Assembly (NCBI GenBank): GCA_943359345.1
Contig: CALRHE010000001.1
Span: forward strand, 67,995-120,103
DNA: 52,109 nucleotides
Reading direction: 5' to 3'
From: Candidatus Uhrbacteria bacterium
GTDB taxonomy: Bacteria > Patescibacteriota > Patescibacteriia > UBA9934
Shown here: positions 37,407-47,211 of the stretch, in pieces
Numbering within the stretch: position 1 is the first letter of the stretch
How the letters are laid out: the number at the start of each line of letters is the position of its first letter
Translations under genes and position numbers: made by a program
Notes under the pieces: generated by a model
Told to the model about the DNA's origin: nothing
What the model saw: the letters and a program-made list of their open reading frames with translations, nothing else
The model's database searches: none

Positions 37407-38489
37407 ATGACTTCAGCTTACGCCATCGCCTTAAGCCACTTCGCACCCTTTGGGTCACGCACATACTTGCGCTTGTTTGAGTATTTTAAAAACTACGAGG
37501 CTATCTGGCAGGCCACGGCCGATGAGCTACGTTCGCTTATGATCAGCGAGAAGACTGTTGCACAGTTCTTAGAGTGGCGGCAAAAAACCAATCCCCAAGC
37601 ACTTGTCGATCACATTACCAAGCTTGGTCTCGACACTATCGACCGTGACGATCAACGCTTTCCAGCCGCACTCAAAACTATTTTTGACCCGCCAATCATT
37701 CTTTATGTCCAAGGTCAGCTGCCACAAACCGATCAAATGATCGGCATTGTCGGCTCGCGTGATGCTACTCAGTACGGGCTGCGAACCGCCAAACAGTTTT
37801 CAAGCGAGCTCACACGAGCTGGTCTCATCGTAGTCAGCGGCTTAGCGCGTGGCATCGATGTGCAAGCACACGCCGGCGCCATGTCAGCCGGCGGCAAGAC
37901 GATCGCAGTCTTAGCCCACGGACACGCCGAGCTTAAAGGCTCGAAACGTGAATTCGGTTCCAAGATCATTGAGCAAGGTGGTGCCATCATCAGCGAACAA
38001 CCACCGCACCTGGTAGCTTTAAACTTCCACTTCCCGATTCGTAACCGCATTATTGCGGGCCTATCTCGTGGCGTCGTGATTGTCGAAGCCGAACTACCGT
38101 CAGGTACATTGCACACGGCTCAGGCCGCCTTGAACGCTGATCGTGAGGTCTTTGCTATCCCCGGCCCGATCGACTCGCCAACATCGGTCGGAACCAACAA
38201 ACTCATTCAAGATGGGGCCCAAGTGGCTATGTCGGTCAACGACGTTTTAATCGGTCTTGGATTACCCGCCCAAAAACCACTAGAACCAGTTCTGGCGCCC
38301 AAGGTAGCCCCACCGCCAGGCTCGCCCGAAGAAGCAGCTCTACTGCCCCATCTGTCTGTTCATCCGATGCACGTCGACGACCTGTCCCGAGCCAGCGGGT
38401 TGGCGACCTCAACTGTTCTAGGAACATTGACGATTCTTGAAATCCATGGCAAGGTCCGCCACTTAGGCAACATGTATTACAGCTTGTAG
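37407..38489 (+). CDS. dprA: DNA-processing protein DprA
   Basis: IVGSR, VSGLARGID, FPIRNRIIAGLS, VFAIPG and a C-terminal winged helix. Confidence 0.97.
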   Translation: MTSAYAIALSHFAPFGSRTYLRLFEYFKNYEAIWQATADELRSLMISEKTVAQFLEWRQKTNPQALVDHITKLGLDTIDRDDQRFPAALKTIFDPPIILYVQGQLPQTDQMIGIVGSRDATQYGLRTAKQFSSELTRAGLIVVSGLARGIDVQAHAGAMSAGGKTIAVLAHGHAELKGSKREFGSKIIEQGGAIISEQPPHLVALNFHFPIRNRIIAGLSRGVVIVEAELPSGTLHTAQAALNADREVFAIPGPIDSPTSVGTNKLIQDGAQVAMSVNDVLIGLGLPAQKPLEPVLAPKVAPPPGSPEEAALLPHLSVHPMHVDDLSRASGLATSTVLGTLTILEIHGKVRHLGNMYYSL

Positions 38490-38491
38490 CT

Positions 38492-39745
38492 ATGTTTGAG
38501 CGTTACCACGCCGCTAACAAAAAACTCTTGTCGCTCATGAATATTGAGCAAGTTTGGAAGCATACTTCCAAGGCTACGCTCGAGGCTTCCCTGAAACGCG
38601 TACGTCAGCTCTTGCATCGCCTTGGTAATCCCGAACAAGCCATGAAATTCGTGCACGTTACTGGCACAAGCGGCAAAGGTAGCGTGACTTACATCATGCA
38701 CGAAATCTTACGCCGCAGTGGCGAGAAGGTTGCCAGCTACAGTTCGCCGCATACCACTAGCTATCTTGAACGTTTCCGCATTGATGACAAGCTCGCCCAT
38801 CCCGACGCCCTAGCCGCGGCCATCGAGGTCGTGATCGACGCGCATGAGCAACACGTGCTGGCTGGCCACGAGGCTCTGACAATGTTTGAGTTAAATGCCT
38901 GTACCGCCTTGCTCTTGTTCCAGCGTGCAGGCATTGATTGGTGCGTGCTTGAAGTCGGCATGGGAGGCCGTTACGATGCCACCAACGTCATCCCCTCCCC
39001 GGTCGTGGCCATCATTACTAATATCAATCTTGATCACACCGATTTCTTGGGACCGACCAAAATCCACATCGCCAAAGAAAAAGCCGGTATTATCAAGCCG
39101 GGTTGTTTGGTCGTCACTGGCGAAACCGCAGTTGGCCCACTTAAAGTCATTCGCGCTGAAGCTAGGAAGTGTAAAACTCCCCTGCTCGTCATCCCAAATG
39201 AAACTGGTGACCATCTCGAACATAATGCCGACATCTGTCGCGCGGCCGGGTTACTGATAGGTATGTCACCGCTTGTCATTGAATTAGCCATTGAGAATAC
39301 TCCACCACTACCCTGTCGCTTAGAAGTTATTCAAGAGCACCCGCGTGTCATACTAGATGGCGCCCACAACGTGGCTAAAATGCAAGCCACTATCGCTCAC
39401 GTCAAGCGTATGCGTAAGGGTAAGGTGCATGTTATTTTTGGATGCAAAGGCACCAAAGATGCCGCCTCCATAGCTAAAGAACTTACTCAAGTGGCTGACA
39501 GTGTTCGAGCCACCCGTTTCACGGAAGGCCACGGCGCTCCCGTCAATCCGCTGCAAGTTCTCAAGCTCTTCCCCAATAAACTCCAAGTGAGAGCTTATCT
39601 TTTCCCGCACGATGCTCTGACGGATGCACTCAAGGTAGCCAAAAAATCTGATACCATTCTCATCACTGGTTCGCTGTATTTGGCTGGCGAGTTACGCACG
39701 CACTGGCGCTCTGAAAAACAAATTTTGAAAGCACGAAAAAGTTGA
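38492..39745 (+). CDS. folC: Folylpolyglutamate synthase/dihydrofolate synthase family
   Basis: VHVTGTSGKGS, SPH, LEVGMGGRYDATN, IAKEKAGIIK, LDGAHN, TGSLYL. Confidence 0.93.
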   Translation: MFERYHAANKKLLSLMNIEQVWKHTSKATLEASLKRVRQLLHRLGNPEQAMKFVHVTGTSGKGSVTYIMHEILRRSGEKVASYSSPHTTSYLERFRIDDKLAHPDALAAAIEVVIDAHEQHVLAGHEALTMFELNACTALLLFQRAGIDWCVLEVGMGGRYDATNVIPSPVVAIITNINLDHTDFLGPTKIHIAKEKAGIIKPGCLVVTGETAVGPLKVIRAEARKCKTPLLVIPNETGDHLEHNADICRAAGLLIGMSPLVIELAIENTPPLPCRLEVIQEHPRVILDGAHNVAKMQATIAHVKRMRKGKVHVIFGCKGTKDAASIAKELTQVADSVRATRFTEGHGAPVNPLQVLKLFPNKLQVRAYLFPHDALTDALKVAKKSDTILITGSLYLAGELRTHWRSEKQILKARKS

Positions 39746-39746
39746 T

Positions 39747-42017
39747 ATGACCAAACTTTTGATTGTCGAGTCTCCGACAAAAGCCAAAACCATTACCAAA
39801 TTCTTAGGCCGCGACTACAAAGTCATGTCCTCTTTTGGTCATATCCGAGACCTACCTAAAAAGAAGACAGGCGTTGATGTTAACAATGGCTTTGAGCCCA
39901 CCTACGAAGTCTCACCAGATAAAAAAGCCAAAGTCAAAGAACTCAAAGACGCCGCCAAGAAAGTTGATGAGATCTACCTCGCCACCGACGAAGACCGCGA
40001 AGGTGAGGCGATTGCTTGGCACATCGCTGCGGTTTTGGGCATGGACGACAAAACTGCCAAGCGGATTACTTTTCATGAAATTACCAAGAGTGCTATTGAG
40101 CATGCCCTAACCAACTCGCGCACCATTGATCACAAACTCGTCGACGCTCAACAAGCTCGTCGCATCCTTGATCGTCTCGTAGGTTATGAGCTGTCGCCAC
40201 TTTTGTGGCGTAAAGTTGCTCGCGGTCTTTCGGCTGGTCGCGTGCAGTCAGTAGCGGTGCGGCTGGTGGTCGAGCGCGAGCGCGAACGTTTGGCTTTCAA
40301 ATCTGAAGAGTACTGGAGCATTGAAGCTGATTTCAAACAGACCGGAGCTGTTTTTCCTGGAAAACTTTTCGCTATCGGTGATAAGAAAGTAGATAAACTC
40401 GACATCAAAAACGAGGCGGCAGCCAAAGCTATCGTTGAGGCTGTCAGTGACGCAGACTTTGTAGTGAAAGATATCGAAACCAAAGAGGCCTCACGCAAGC
40501 CGCCCACCCCACTTACGACCTCAAGCTTGCAACAGGAAGCTTACAACCGCCTGGGCATGAGTGCCAAGCAGACCATGACCCTAGCTCAGCGCCTGTACGA
40601 AACCGGTCAGATCACCTACATGCGTACTGACTCGATGAACCTAGCTGAGCAGTTCACAACCGCTACCCAGGCCTATTTAAAGGCTAACTTTGGCTCAGAA
40701 TATGCCACTGGCACAGTCGTTTATAAAACCGGTAAAAAAGGTGCTCAAGAAGCTCACGAAGCTATCCGCCCCACCGATGTAACCGCTGAGCCAGAGTCAC
40801 TCAAGGCCACGCTCGAACCAGGTGAGTGGAAGCTCTACAACCTTATCTGGAGTCGCACCGTGGCCTCCCAAATGCCGAACGCCAAGATGCGCCGCACCGC
40901 TATCGACCTTGAGGGCAACCAACACACTTTCCGCGCCAACGGCAGCACACTCGTGTTCCCAGGCTTCATGAAAGTCTGGCAAGCCGCTGAAGATAAAATA
41001 CTACCCGAGCTTAAAATTGGCGAGACTCTTGGCAAACCTGTAGAAGTTAGGCCTGAGCAACATTTTACCGAACCGGCGGCTCGTTACTCTGACGCCACCT
41101 TGATTAAGGCACTAGAGGAATACGGCATTGGTCGACCTTCCACGTACGCACCAACCCTAACCACGGTGATCGACCGCGGCTACGTGATTCGTGATGACAA
41201 CAAAAAGCTTTTCCCGTCTGATACCGCTTTCATTGTTACCGATCTACTCAAGGAGCACTTCCCCAACATTGTCGATTACGACTTCACGGCCAACATGGAG
41301 AAACAATTCGATGGTATCGCCGAAGGCGAACACGAATGGCGCAAAGTCATGGCCGATTTCTACACACCTTTCCATGAACTAATTGTCTCCAAGGGTGCCG
41401 ACCTATCACGCGCTGACGTCATGAAAGAACGCGAGCTAGGTACCGATCCCAAAACCGGACTAAAAATTATCGTGCGGACTGGGCGCTTTGGCCCTTATGT
41501 CCAGGTTGGCGAAGCTACTGACGAAAACCCTAAACCCCCACGAGCTTCACTAAACAAGAATCAGCTCATGGATACCTTAACGGTCGCCGATGCTTTAAAA
41601 CTTCTGATCTTCCCTCGTACTCTCGGTAAGCTCGAAAATGGTGATGACCTGATTGTTAACAAAGGTCCATTCGGTCCGTATATGAAGTCCGGCGCTGTCA
41701 ATGTGACTTTGCCACCAGACATCGACCCATCTGAAGTAACTTTCGACCAAGCTAAAAACTTGTTTGTAGAAGGCGCCGAAAAGAAAAAGCAGATGATGGC
41801 CCCGCTCCTTGAGCTCGGTGAAGATCCAGAAACGAAAACTCCACTCCTGGTAAAATCCGGTCGCTATGGCGCTTATGTCACGGATGGAAAAACCAATGCC
41901 ACTGTGCCCAAGGACCAAGATCCAACCACTGTCACCCGTGAGCAAGCCATTGACATGCTCATCAAAAAACGTAAATCCCCCAAGCGCGCCTGGAAAGGCA
42001 AAAAGAAAGAGGCCTAG
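39747..42017 (+). CDS. topA: DNA topoisomerase I (C-terminal non-zinc repeats)
   Basis: IVESPTK, ATDEDREGE, SAGRVQS, ITYMRTDS, QEAHEAIRPT, GIGRPSTY; three GRFGPY-type repeats. Confidence 0.98.
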   Translation: MTKLLIVESPTKAKTITKFLGRDYKVMSSFGHIRDLPKKKTGVDVNNGFEPTYEVSPDKKAKVKELKDAAKKVDEIYLATDEDREGEAIAWHIAAVLGMDDKTAKRITFHEITKSAIEHALTNSRTIDHKLVDAQQARRILDRLVGYELSPLLWRKVARGLSAGRVQSVAVRLVVERERERLAFKSEEYWSIEADFKQTGAVFPGKLFAIGDKKVDKLDIKNEAAAKAIVEAVSDADFVVKDIETKEASRKPPTPLTTSSLQQEAYNRLGMSAKQTMTLAQRLYETGQITYMRTDSMNLAEQFTTATQAYLKANFGSEYATGTVVYKTGKKGAQEAHEAIRPTDVTAEPESLKATLEPGEWKLYNLIWSRTVASQMPNAKMRRTAIDLEGNQHTFRANGSTLVFPGFMKVWQAAEDKILPELKIGETLGKPVEVRPEQHFTEPAARYSDATLIKALEEYGIGRPSTYAPTLTTVIDRGYVIRDDNKKLFPSDTAFIVTDLLKEHFPNIVDYDFTANMEKQFDGIAEGEHEWRKVMADFYTPFHELIVSKGADLSRADVMKERELGTDPKTGLKIIVRTGRFGPYVQVGEATDENPKPPRASLNKNQLMDTLTVADALKLLIFPRTLGKLENGDDLIVNKGPFGPYMKSGAVNVTLPPDIDPSEVTFDQAKNLFVEGAEKKKQMMAPLLELGEDPETKTPLLVKSGRYGAYVTDGKTNATVPKDQDPTTVTREQAIDMLIKKRKSPKRAWKGKKKEA

Positions 42018-42028
42018 CCCCTTTCAGA

Positions 42029-45000
42029 CTACTTACTCTGGGCTGGAGCAGCACTCGTAAAGCCCTCGGCTTCGAGCTCTGCCATGGACAGCTTGTGGCC
42101 ATCGACCACGGCTGACATGTGCCACTCGCCGTCAACAAACTCAGGGAACAAATTCAATTTATCAGCAGCTTCAGAGGTCAACCAACGACGCATTTGACCT
42201 TCATTTTGAGCTATTTGCACGGCTAAACGCTTAGCAAATAACTCCGCACTCAAGTCACTATCACTATCAAATCCGTAAGCTTCGGGATTATTTTGAATGA
42301 CTCGTTTCAAAACATAGGTTATGCCTTCGCGCTGCCCTCCACCCATAACTCTTGAACCAACCGGAATCTCACCTTGAAAGCGCACCCCGCTTGTTGGCGC
42401 TTCTGGTAGGTCAACCTGATCCGGAGTAGCCACTCCAAACCACTTATCGTGTACCTGAGCTGCGTAGGTTTTGACATTTGCCAAGGCTCGTTCAAGAAGT
42501 TCATCTACATCTAGCATTTCTGCCCCCTGCCTGAGCATATCTCCCCCAGCCGCGACCGCCGTCCCACCCAAACCGGCATAGCGAATAAGTGTACCTATGG
42601 CCTGACGCTTATCCCGAATAGAGCTACTCGGGTGTATTTTTTGCCACAATTCGGTAAAACCTTCTTTAATCACCTTAGCTACTGTCACCTCTGACTTCCT
42701 CTCACCCCGAGCTTCAGCTTGTTTAGCCAGACGATAACGCTCAACCACAGCCTGCAAGCTATAAGCCGATCCTCTGGCTAAGTGCAATCCGGCCAGCGCC
42801 ACCCCGGCCCCAGACGCAGCTGCCGTTGCGCTAGCTACCACGAGCGATGAATTCACGGCCTCCCGCATCACCTTGCCACCTGAAACTTTACTAATCAGGT
42901 GAGCATCTAGCATGACCTTGGCCTCGGCCGCCTCGGCTACGGCTTTATCCATCGCCTCCTTGAAGCGCTCTGCGTATTCAGCTTCAACATCGGAGCCATG
43001 AGACCCAAAATTGGACAAAACCGTTTCTAGCTTTTGTGCTAGCAAAGTTTTTAGTTCTGGTGTTAAACGACGAAGGTTTTTAATCTCTGCCAATAAATTT
43101 TGCTGGCGTTCACGCAGATTCTCTAAGCGGACTTCTAATAAGTTACCAGTGACGGGATTGCGCACCCCGTACACGTCCTGTCGAGCTCGGACAGCCTCAA
43201 GAATGACCCGCTGAAAATCTTTACTATCTAGGTGAGCGGCAACCGACTGGGTAGACCAACGCAACAAATCTGGCACCAGTGCAGCTCCCCAAGTGCTAGC
43301 CAGACCGCCAGCTACTCCAGCTGTGACCTGCAACAATTTTTCAGACTTGCCAGCTTCAAGCCGGCCCTCAAGCTCGCGCGGAGATAATTCACCTAAAATC
43401 TCTTCCTTATACACTCTGCTCCAACCATTGCGAATGTAGTCAGCCGCTCTAGCCCAGGTAGCTGCAACGCCAGCTAACATGCCTCGTCTTGGTTCAATAG
43501 CTGGTTGTGCGGAATCGGTCTGTGGCCGCACTGCTGCTGCAGTAGTTCTAGGTTTGCGCACTCGCTTAGTCTTAGGCCGAACTACGGACTCAACTTCCTC
43601 ATGCTCTGATTCCGAATCCAATTCAAAACGAATACTTTCTAATGAGGCTGCGTAGCGCTTAAGATCTTCCTCTATTGCTTGAGCCCTAACCCGAGACAAG
43701 CCTAGATCAAATCCGGCCTGGTGATCAGCCTTAAGCACGTCTAAAACTTCAGTTAGTTTAGCCGCCGCGTTACTGAGCGAGGCCTGCAAAAAATCAACAT
43801 TTGGCACGTCTACATTCAACTGATCACGAATCTCGAGCAGGCCCTGCTCAAGCTCCGTCAGTTTAGCCTGAATATCAAGGTTAATCGGCTCTAAATCAGA
43901 AGTGCTAAGTTCGACCGGACTACTCTTAATTTTTCGAATACGCCCAAGCAAGCGCCGTCGCTCCCGGCGACCATCACTAACACCTACCTCAAGACGTACT
44001 TTGTCTAACTTAGACAGTCTGCCTTGATCAAAGGCTAGTTTTAGGCGTTTAGTCTCGGCCTCCAAAGCCTGCAAAGCGGTTTCAAGCTTAGCCGGAGCTA
44101 GCTCACTCAGGGCTGCATCAGTGTCTGAATCAATCAAAACCTGAGCTTCTCCCAACACACTGATCCAACCCGCGGCCGCTTGTTCGGCCAGGTCGGCCTC
44201 CGAACGCTTATCCGGCAATCCCAACGCCTCATCGCTCGGCCCCGAGCTTGAGTTAGCTAGTTTGGCCAGGGCACGCTCGCGTCGACTCATCACCGACGCA
44301 GATTCGACTTGAGCTTGAGCAGGCACCGGTACAGGCGCTAACGATTCAGCCCGGACCCTATCTCTAGCCGCAATCTCTAACTTCACCTTTACCAATTCTT
44401 GGGTGTCTGTACTCGGAGCTTCGTTAGGATCTACTCCACCGACAGTATCAAGTTGTTTTTGACGTTCAACCAGTCGCTCGAAAGCTCTTTGCTGACGTGC
44501 CAACGTTTTAATGCGCTTAAAAAATTCTTTCTGTCGCGCCGGCAAGACTGCCGCATACACATCCTCCAATTTGAATCTATCAAAACCAACCGTACACTCA
44601 ACAATCATGCGTTCTCGCACGTCTTCGGTTAAAGGTTTATTTCTAAAACCAGGTTGCCAAACATCTGCATTAGCCGTCAAGCTATCTAAACCTGATTTGA
44701 GCTGCTCGCTTAAACTATCAAGACTGTCTTGCACCTCCTCTTGTGTAAGTGTCTTATAGACTTCTGGTATGGCCGCATGATCTTGACTATCAGGAACAGA
44801 TAACGGCTGCCCTGGCGTCACCTCAGCTGAGGTCAATAACTTTTCAAAATGGTCGGCCAGATCGTACATAGCCTTATCGGGCTGGGCTCCTGCCAATTTT
44901 GGGTCAATCTCTGGTGCGCGTGGTTTAGCCTTAAAACTTCGCAGGTTTTCTGACGGTAGCAACTGCAACTTAGCCTCAATGTCAGCCCTAAGTGCTTTAG

Positions 45001-45334
45001 CCGCCGCTGCTAACTTATTACCAGCTCTGACCTTGTCGGTCATTGGTAGTAACGAATCACTAAGCGAGCTCAGCTCTACTCTTGAATCAGTCGTGGCCAA
45101 AGTTGCTTTAGCGACCTCCAGGGTAGCGGCATAACCTGCGCGTAGCTCGGCCCGTGCATCTGGTAATGTTGGTACCACCTCAGCAGACCCTGCTGCCGTG
45201 GGCTCAGCAGATTTATAGTTACGGGCTGCATCACGTTGCCTGATTTGCTCAGCAGCAGCCGCCAACACATCACTAAAACCAACACCCGAGCCAGAGCCTT
45301 GATTACCTTGTTTTCGATCACGCTTAGCTACCAT
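42029..45334 (-). CDS. Large (~1100 aa) helical/coiled-coil hypothetical protein with Gly/Ala-rich hydrophobic segments
   Basis: 3.3-kb open frame; ATG 45334 lies 4 nt after the stop of the upstream ORF; no recognisable catalytic motif. Confidence 0.8.
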   Translation of the reverse strand: MVAKRDRKQGNQGSGSGVGFSDVLAAAAEQIRQRDAARNYKSAEPTAAGSAEVVPTLPDARAELRAGYAATLEVAKATLATTDSRVELSSLSDSLLPMTDKVRAGNKLAAAAKALRADIEAKLQLLPSENLRSFKAKPRAPEIDPKLAGAQPDKAMYDLADHFEKLLTSAEVTPGQPLSVPDSQDHAAIPEVYKTLTQEEVQDSLDSLSEQLKSGLDSLTANADVWQPGFRNKPLTEDVRERMIVECTVGFDRFKLEDVYAAVLPARQKEFFKRIKTLARQQRAFERLVERQKQLDTVGGVDPNEAPSTDTQELVKVKLEIAARDRVRAESLAPVPVPAQAQVESASVMSRRERALAKLANSSSGPSDEALGLPDKRSEADLAEQAAAGWISVLGEAQVLIDSDTDAALSELAPAKLETALQALEAETKRLKLAFDQGRLSKLDKVRLEVGVSDGRRERRRLLGRIRKIKSSPVELSTSDLEPINLDIQAKLTELEQGLLEIRDQLNVDVPNVDFLQASLSNAAAKLTEVLDVLKADHQAGFDLGLSRVRAQAIEEDLKRYAASLESIRFELDSESEHEEVESVVRPKTKRVRKPRTTAAAVRPQTDSAQPAIEPRRGMLAGVAATWARAADYIRNGWSRVYKEEILGELSPRELEGRLEAGKSEKLLQVTAGVAGGLASTWGAALVPDLLRWSTQSVAAHLDSKDFQRVILEAVRARQDVYGVRNPVTGNLLEVRLENLRERQQNLLAEIKNLRRLTPELKTLLAQKLETVLSNFGSHGSDVEAEYAERFKEAMDKAVAEAAEAKVMLDAHLISKVSGGKVMREAVNSSLVVASATAAASGAGVALAGLHLARGSAYSLQAVVERYRLAKQAEARGERKSEVTVAKVIKEGFTELWQKIHPSSSIRDKRQAIGTLIRYAGLGGTAVAAGGDMLRQGAEMLDVDELLERALANVKTYAAQVHDKWFGVATPDQVDLPEAPTSGVRFQGEIPVGSRVMGGGQREGITYVLKRVIQNNPEAYGFDSDSDLSAELFAKRLAVQIAQNEGQMRRWLTSEAADKLNLFPEFVDGEWHMSAVVDGHKLSMAELEAEGFTSAAPAQSK

Positions 45335-45338
45335 AAGC

Positions 45339-45638
45339 TTAGCCGTTGGCTTCAAGAGTTGCCTGCACCTCAGCCATAATTTGATCAGCTTCGGTTTCTA
45401 GAGCCGCCATAGACAAATCGCGCTGGTGACGTGCGGCCCTAATTGAAATATTCAAGTCCTCAAGTTCATGAGTTGACTGAGCAGTCATGTCAGCCCGCAG
45501 CACAGCGTCAAACTTTTTGAGTTGCTCCAGACTCATGTCTGGAATCAAAACCGCCCAAGCCTGTTTTTCAGCAACCGAAAAATGAGACGCCGCCAGCATT
45601 TCAGCTAAATGTTGTCCGTACGCACGCGCATCATCCAT
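45339..45638 (-). CDS. Small helical hypothetical protein (99 aa)
   Basis: ATG ORF divergent from rel and abutting the large ORF. Confidence 0.7.
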   Translation of the reverse strand: MDDARAYGQHLAEMLAASHFSVAEKQAWAVLIPDMSLEQLKKFDAVLRADMTAQSTHELEDLNISIRAARHQRDLSMAALETEADQIMAEVQATLEANG

Positions 45639-45735
45639 AACTGCTGTATATTGTACTACAATCTGTGCTCATTCTGGTCCTTGGTTGTCCCCCTTTACGA
45701 ACGCGTGCGACAGCGGTATGTTTTATAGTACCTGT

Positions 45736-47211
45736 ATGTCTGTTGAGTTTGATAAGTTTCGAGAAGTTCTCGATAGTCGCTATTCTCAAGACGACATCGC
45801 GCTCATAGAGCGTGCTTTTGAGTTCGCAAAAACTGCTCATGACGGTCAGTTCCGCGTGACCGGCGAGCCTTATTTTGCTCACTCAGCAGCCGTAGCCGCT
45901 AAGCTGGCCGATCTCAAACTCCCGAGTGCAGTCATTGTCGCCGGGGTCCTACATGACGTTCCAGAAGATACTAGTAAGACCTTACAAGATGTCATTGATG
46001 AGTTCGGTGATGATATCGCCAGCATGGTTGGCGCCGTCACCAAGCTGGGTAAAGTTAAGTACCGGGGTGAGGACAGGTACGCTGAAAATCTGCGTAAAAT
46101 GTTCGTGGCCATGGCCCAAGACGTACGGGTGATTTTCATCAAATTCGCAGACCGCATGCACAACATGGAAACGCTCTACGCGCTTGAAGAAAAAAAGCGT
46201 ATTCGGATCGCTAAAGAAGTCTTGGAAATCTACGCTCCGATTGCAAACCGTCTGGGCATGGGCGAATATCGGGGTTTGTTTGAAGACTACGCCTTTAAAT
46301 ATTTACAACCCAAGGAATACAGCTGGACCCAACATTTACTTGAGGAAAGAGTTAAAAAATTTGGGCCAGCCATGGAACGAGCAATAAAAAGCGTAGATTT
46401 TGAATTGCGTAAAAATGGTGTTCAAGGTGTAGAGCTACACGGACGCGTCAAACATTGCTACAGCCTGCACCGCAAACTTTTGCGTTATAAAAGTGATATC
46501 AGCAAAGTTTATGACATTGTAGCCTTGCGCATTTTGGTTAAGGATATTCCAGCCTGCTACGGCGCGCTTGGCGTTTTACACGGTCTGTACACCCCTTTGC
46601 CTGGCCGCATCAAGGATTACATTGCTCAACCTAAACCAAACGGTTATCAGTCGCTCCACACTTCAGTCTTTGATGAACAAGGTTCAGTGCTTGAGTTCCA
46701 AATCCGTACTCATCAGATGCATGAAGAGAATGAATACGGTGTGGCAGCCCATTGGCGCTATAAAGAAAAAGGCACAGCCCCTAATGAACGTCAGGTGCGC
46801 TGGATGGAAGAATTGGCTCTGATCCAAAAAGAACTGTCTACCTCTGACTTCATGCAACACCTGAACGAGCTTAAGCTCGACATGTTCAGCGACCGTATCT
46901 TTGTGTTCACTCCGCGCGGTGATGTCATCGACCTACCAGAACACTCAACGCCCATAGACCTAGCCTATGCCATCCACTCAGAAATCGGCAATAAAGCCGT
47001 GCAGACACGCATTAATGGCGAGATCGCTAGTTTGGACACCCCACTTAAATCAGGTGACTTATGTGAAATTATTGTGGATCGTAATCGCAAACTCCCCAAT
47101 GAAGATTGGCTCGGTTTTATAAAAACCCGTCACGCCAGGGAAAAAATCAAAGACGCGCTCAGAGGTAGCAAACCTGGTCTGTGGTCATCACTTATGAAGC
47201 ACGTCCGGTGA
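45736..47211 (+). CDS. relA: Bifunctional (p)ppGpp synthetase/hydrolase Rel, ending shortly after the TGS domain
   Basis: HDGQFR.TGEPY, LHDVPED, ADRMHNM, RIKDYIAQPKPNGYQSLH, EFQIRT, IFVFTP.G...AYAIHSEIG. Confidence 0.95.
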   Translation: MSVEFDKFREVLDSRYSQDDIALIERAFEFAKTAHDGQFRVTGEPYFAHSAAVAAKLADLKLPSAVIVAGVLHDVPEDTSKTLQDVIDEFGDDIASMVGAVTKLGKVKYRGEDRYAENLRKMFVAMAQDVRVIFIKFADRMHNMETLYALEEKKRIRIAKEVLEIYAPIANRLGMGEYRGLFEDYAFKYLQPKEYSWTQHLLEERVKKFGPAMERAIKSVDFELRKNGVQGVELHGRVKHCYSLHRKLLRYKSDISKVYDIVALRILVKDIPACYGALGVLHGLYTPLPGRIKDYIAQPKPNGYQSLHTSVFDEQGSVLEFQIRTHQMHEENEYGVAAHWRYKEKGTAPNERQVRWMEELALIQKELSTSDFMQHLNELKLDMFSDRIFVFTPRGDVIDLPEHSTPIDLAYAIHSEIGNKAVQTRINGEIASLDTPLKSGDLCEIIVDRNRKLPNEDWLGFIKTRHAREKIKDALRGSKPGLWSSLMKHVR

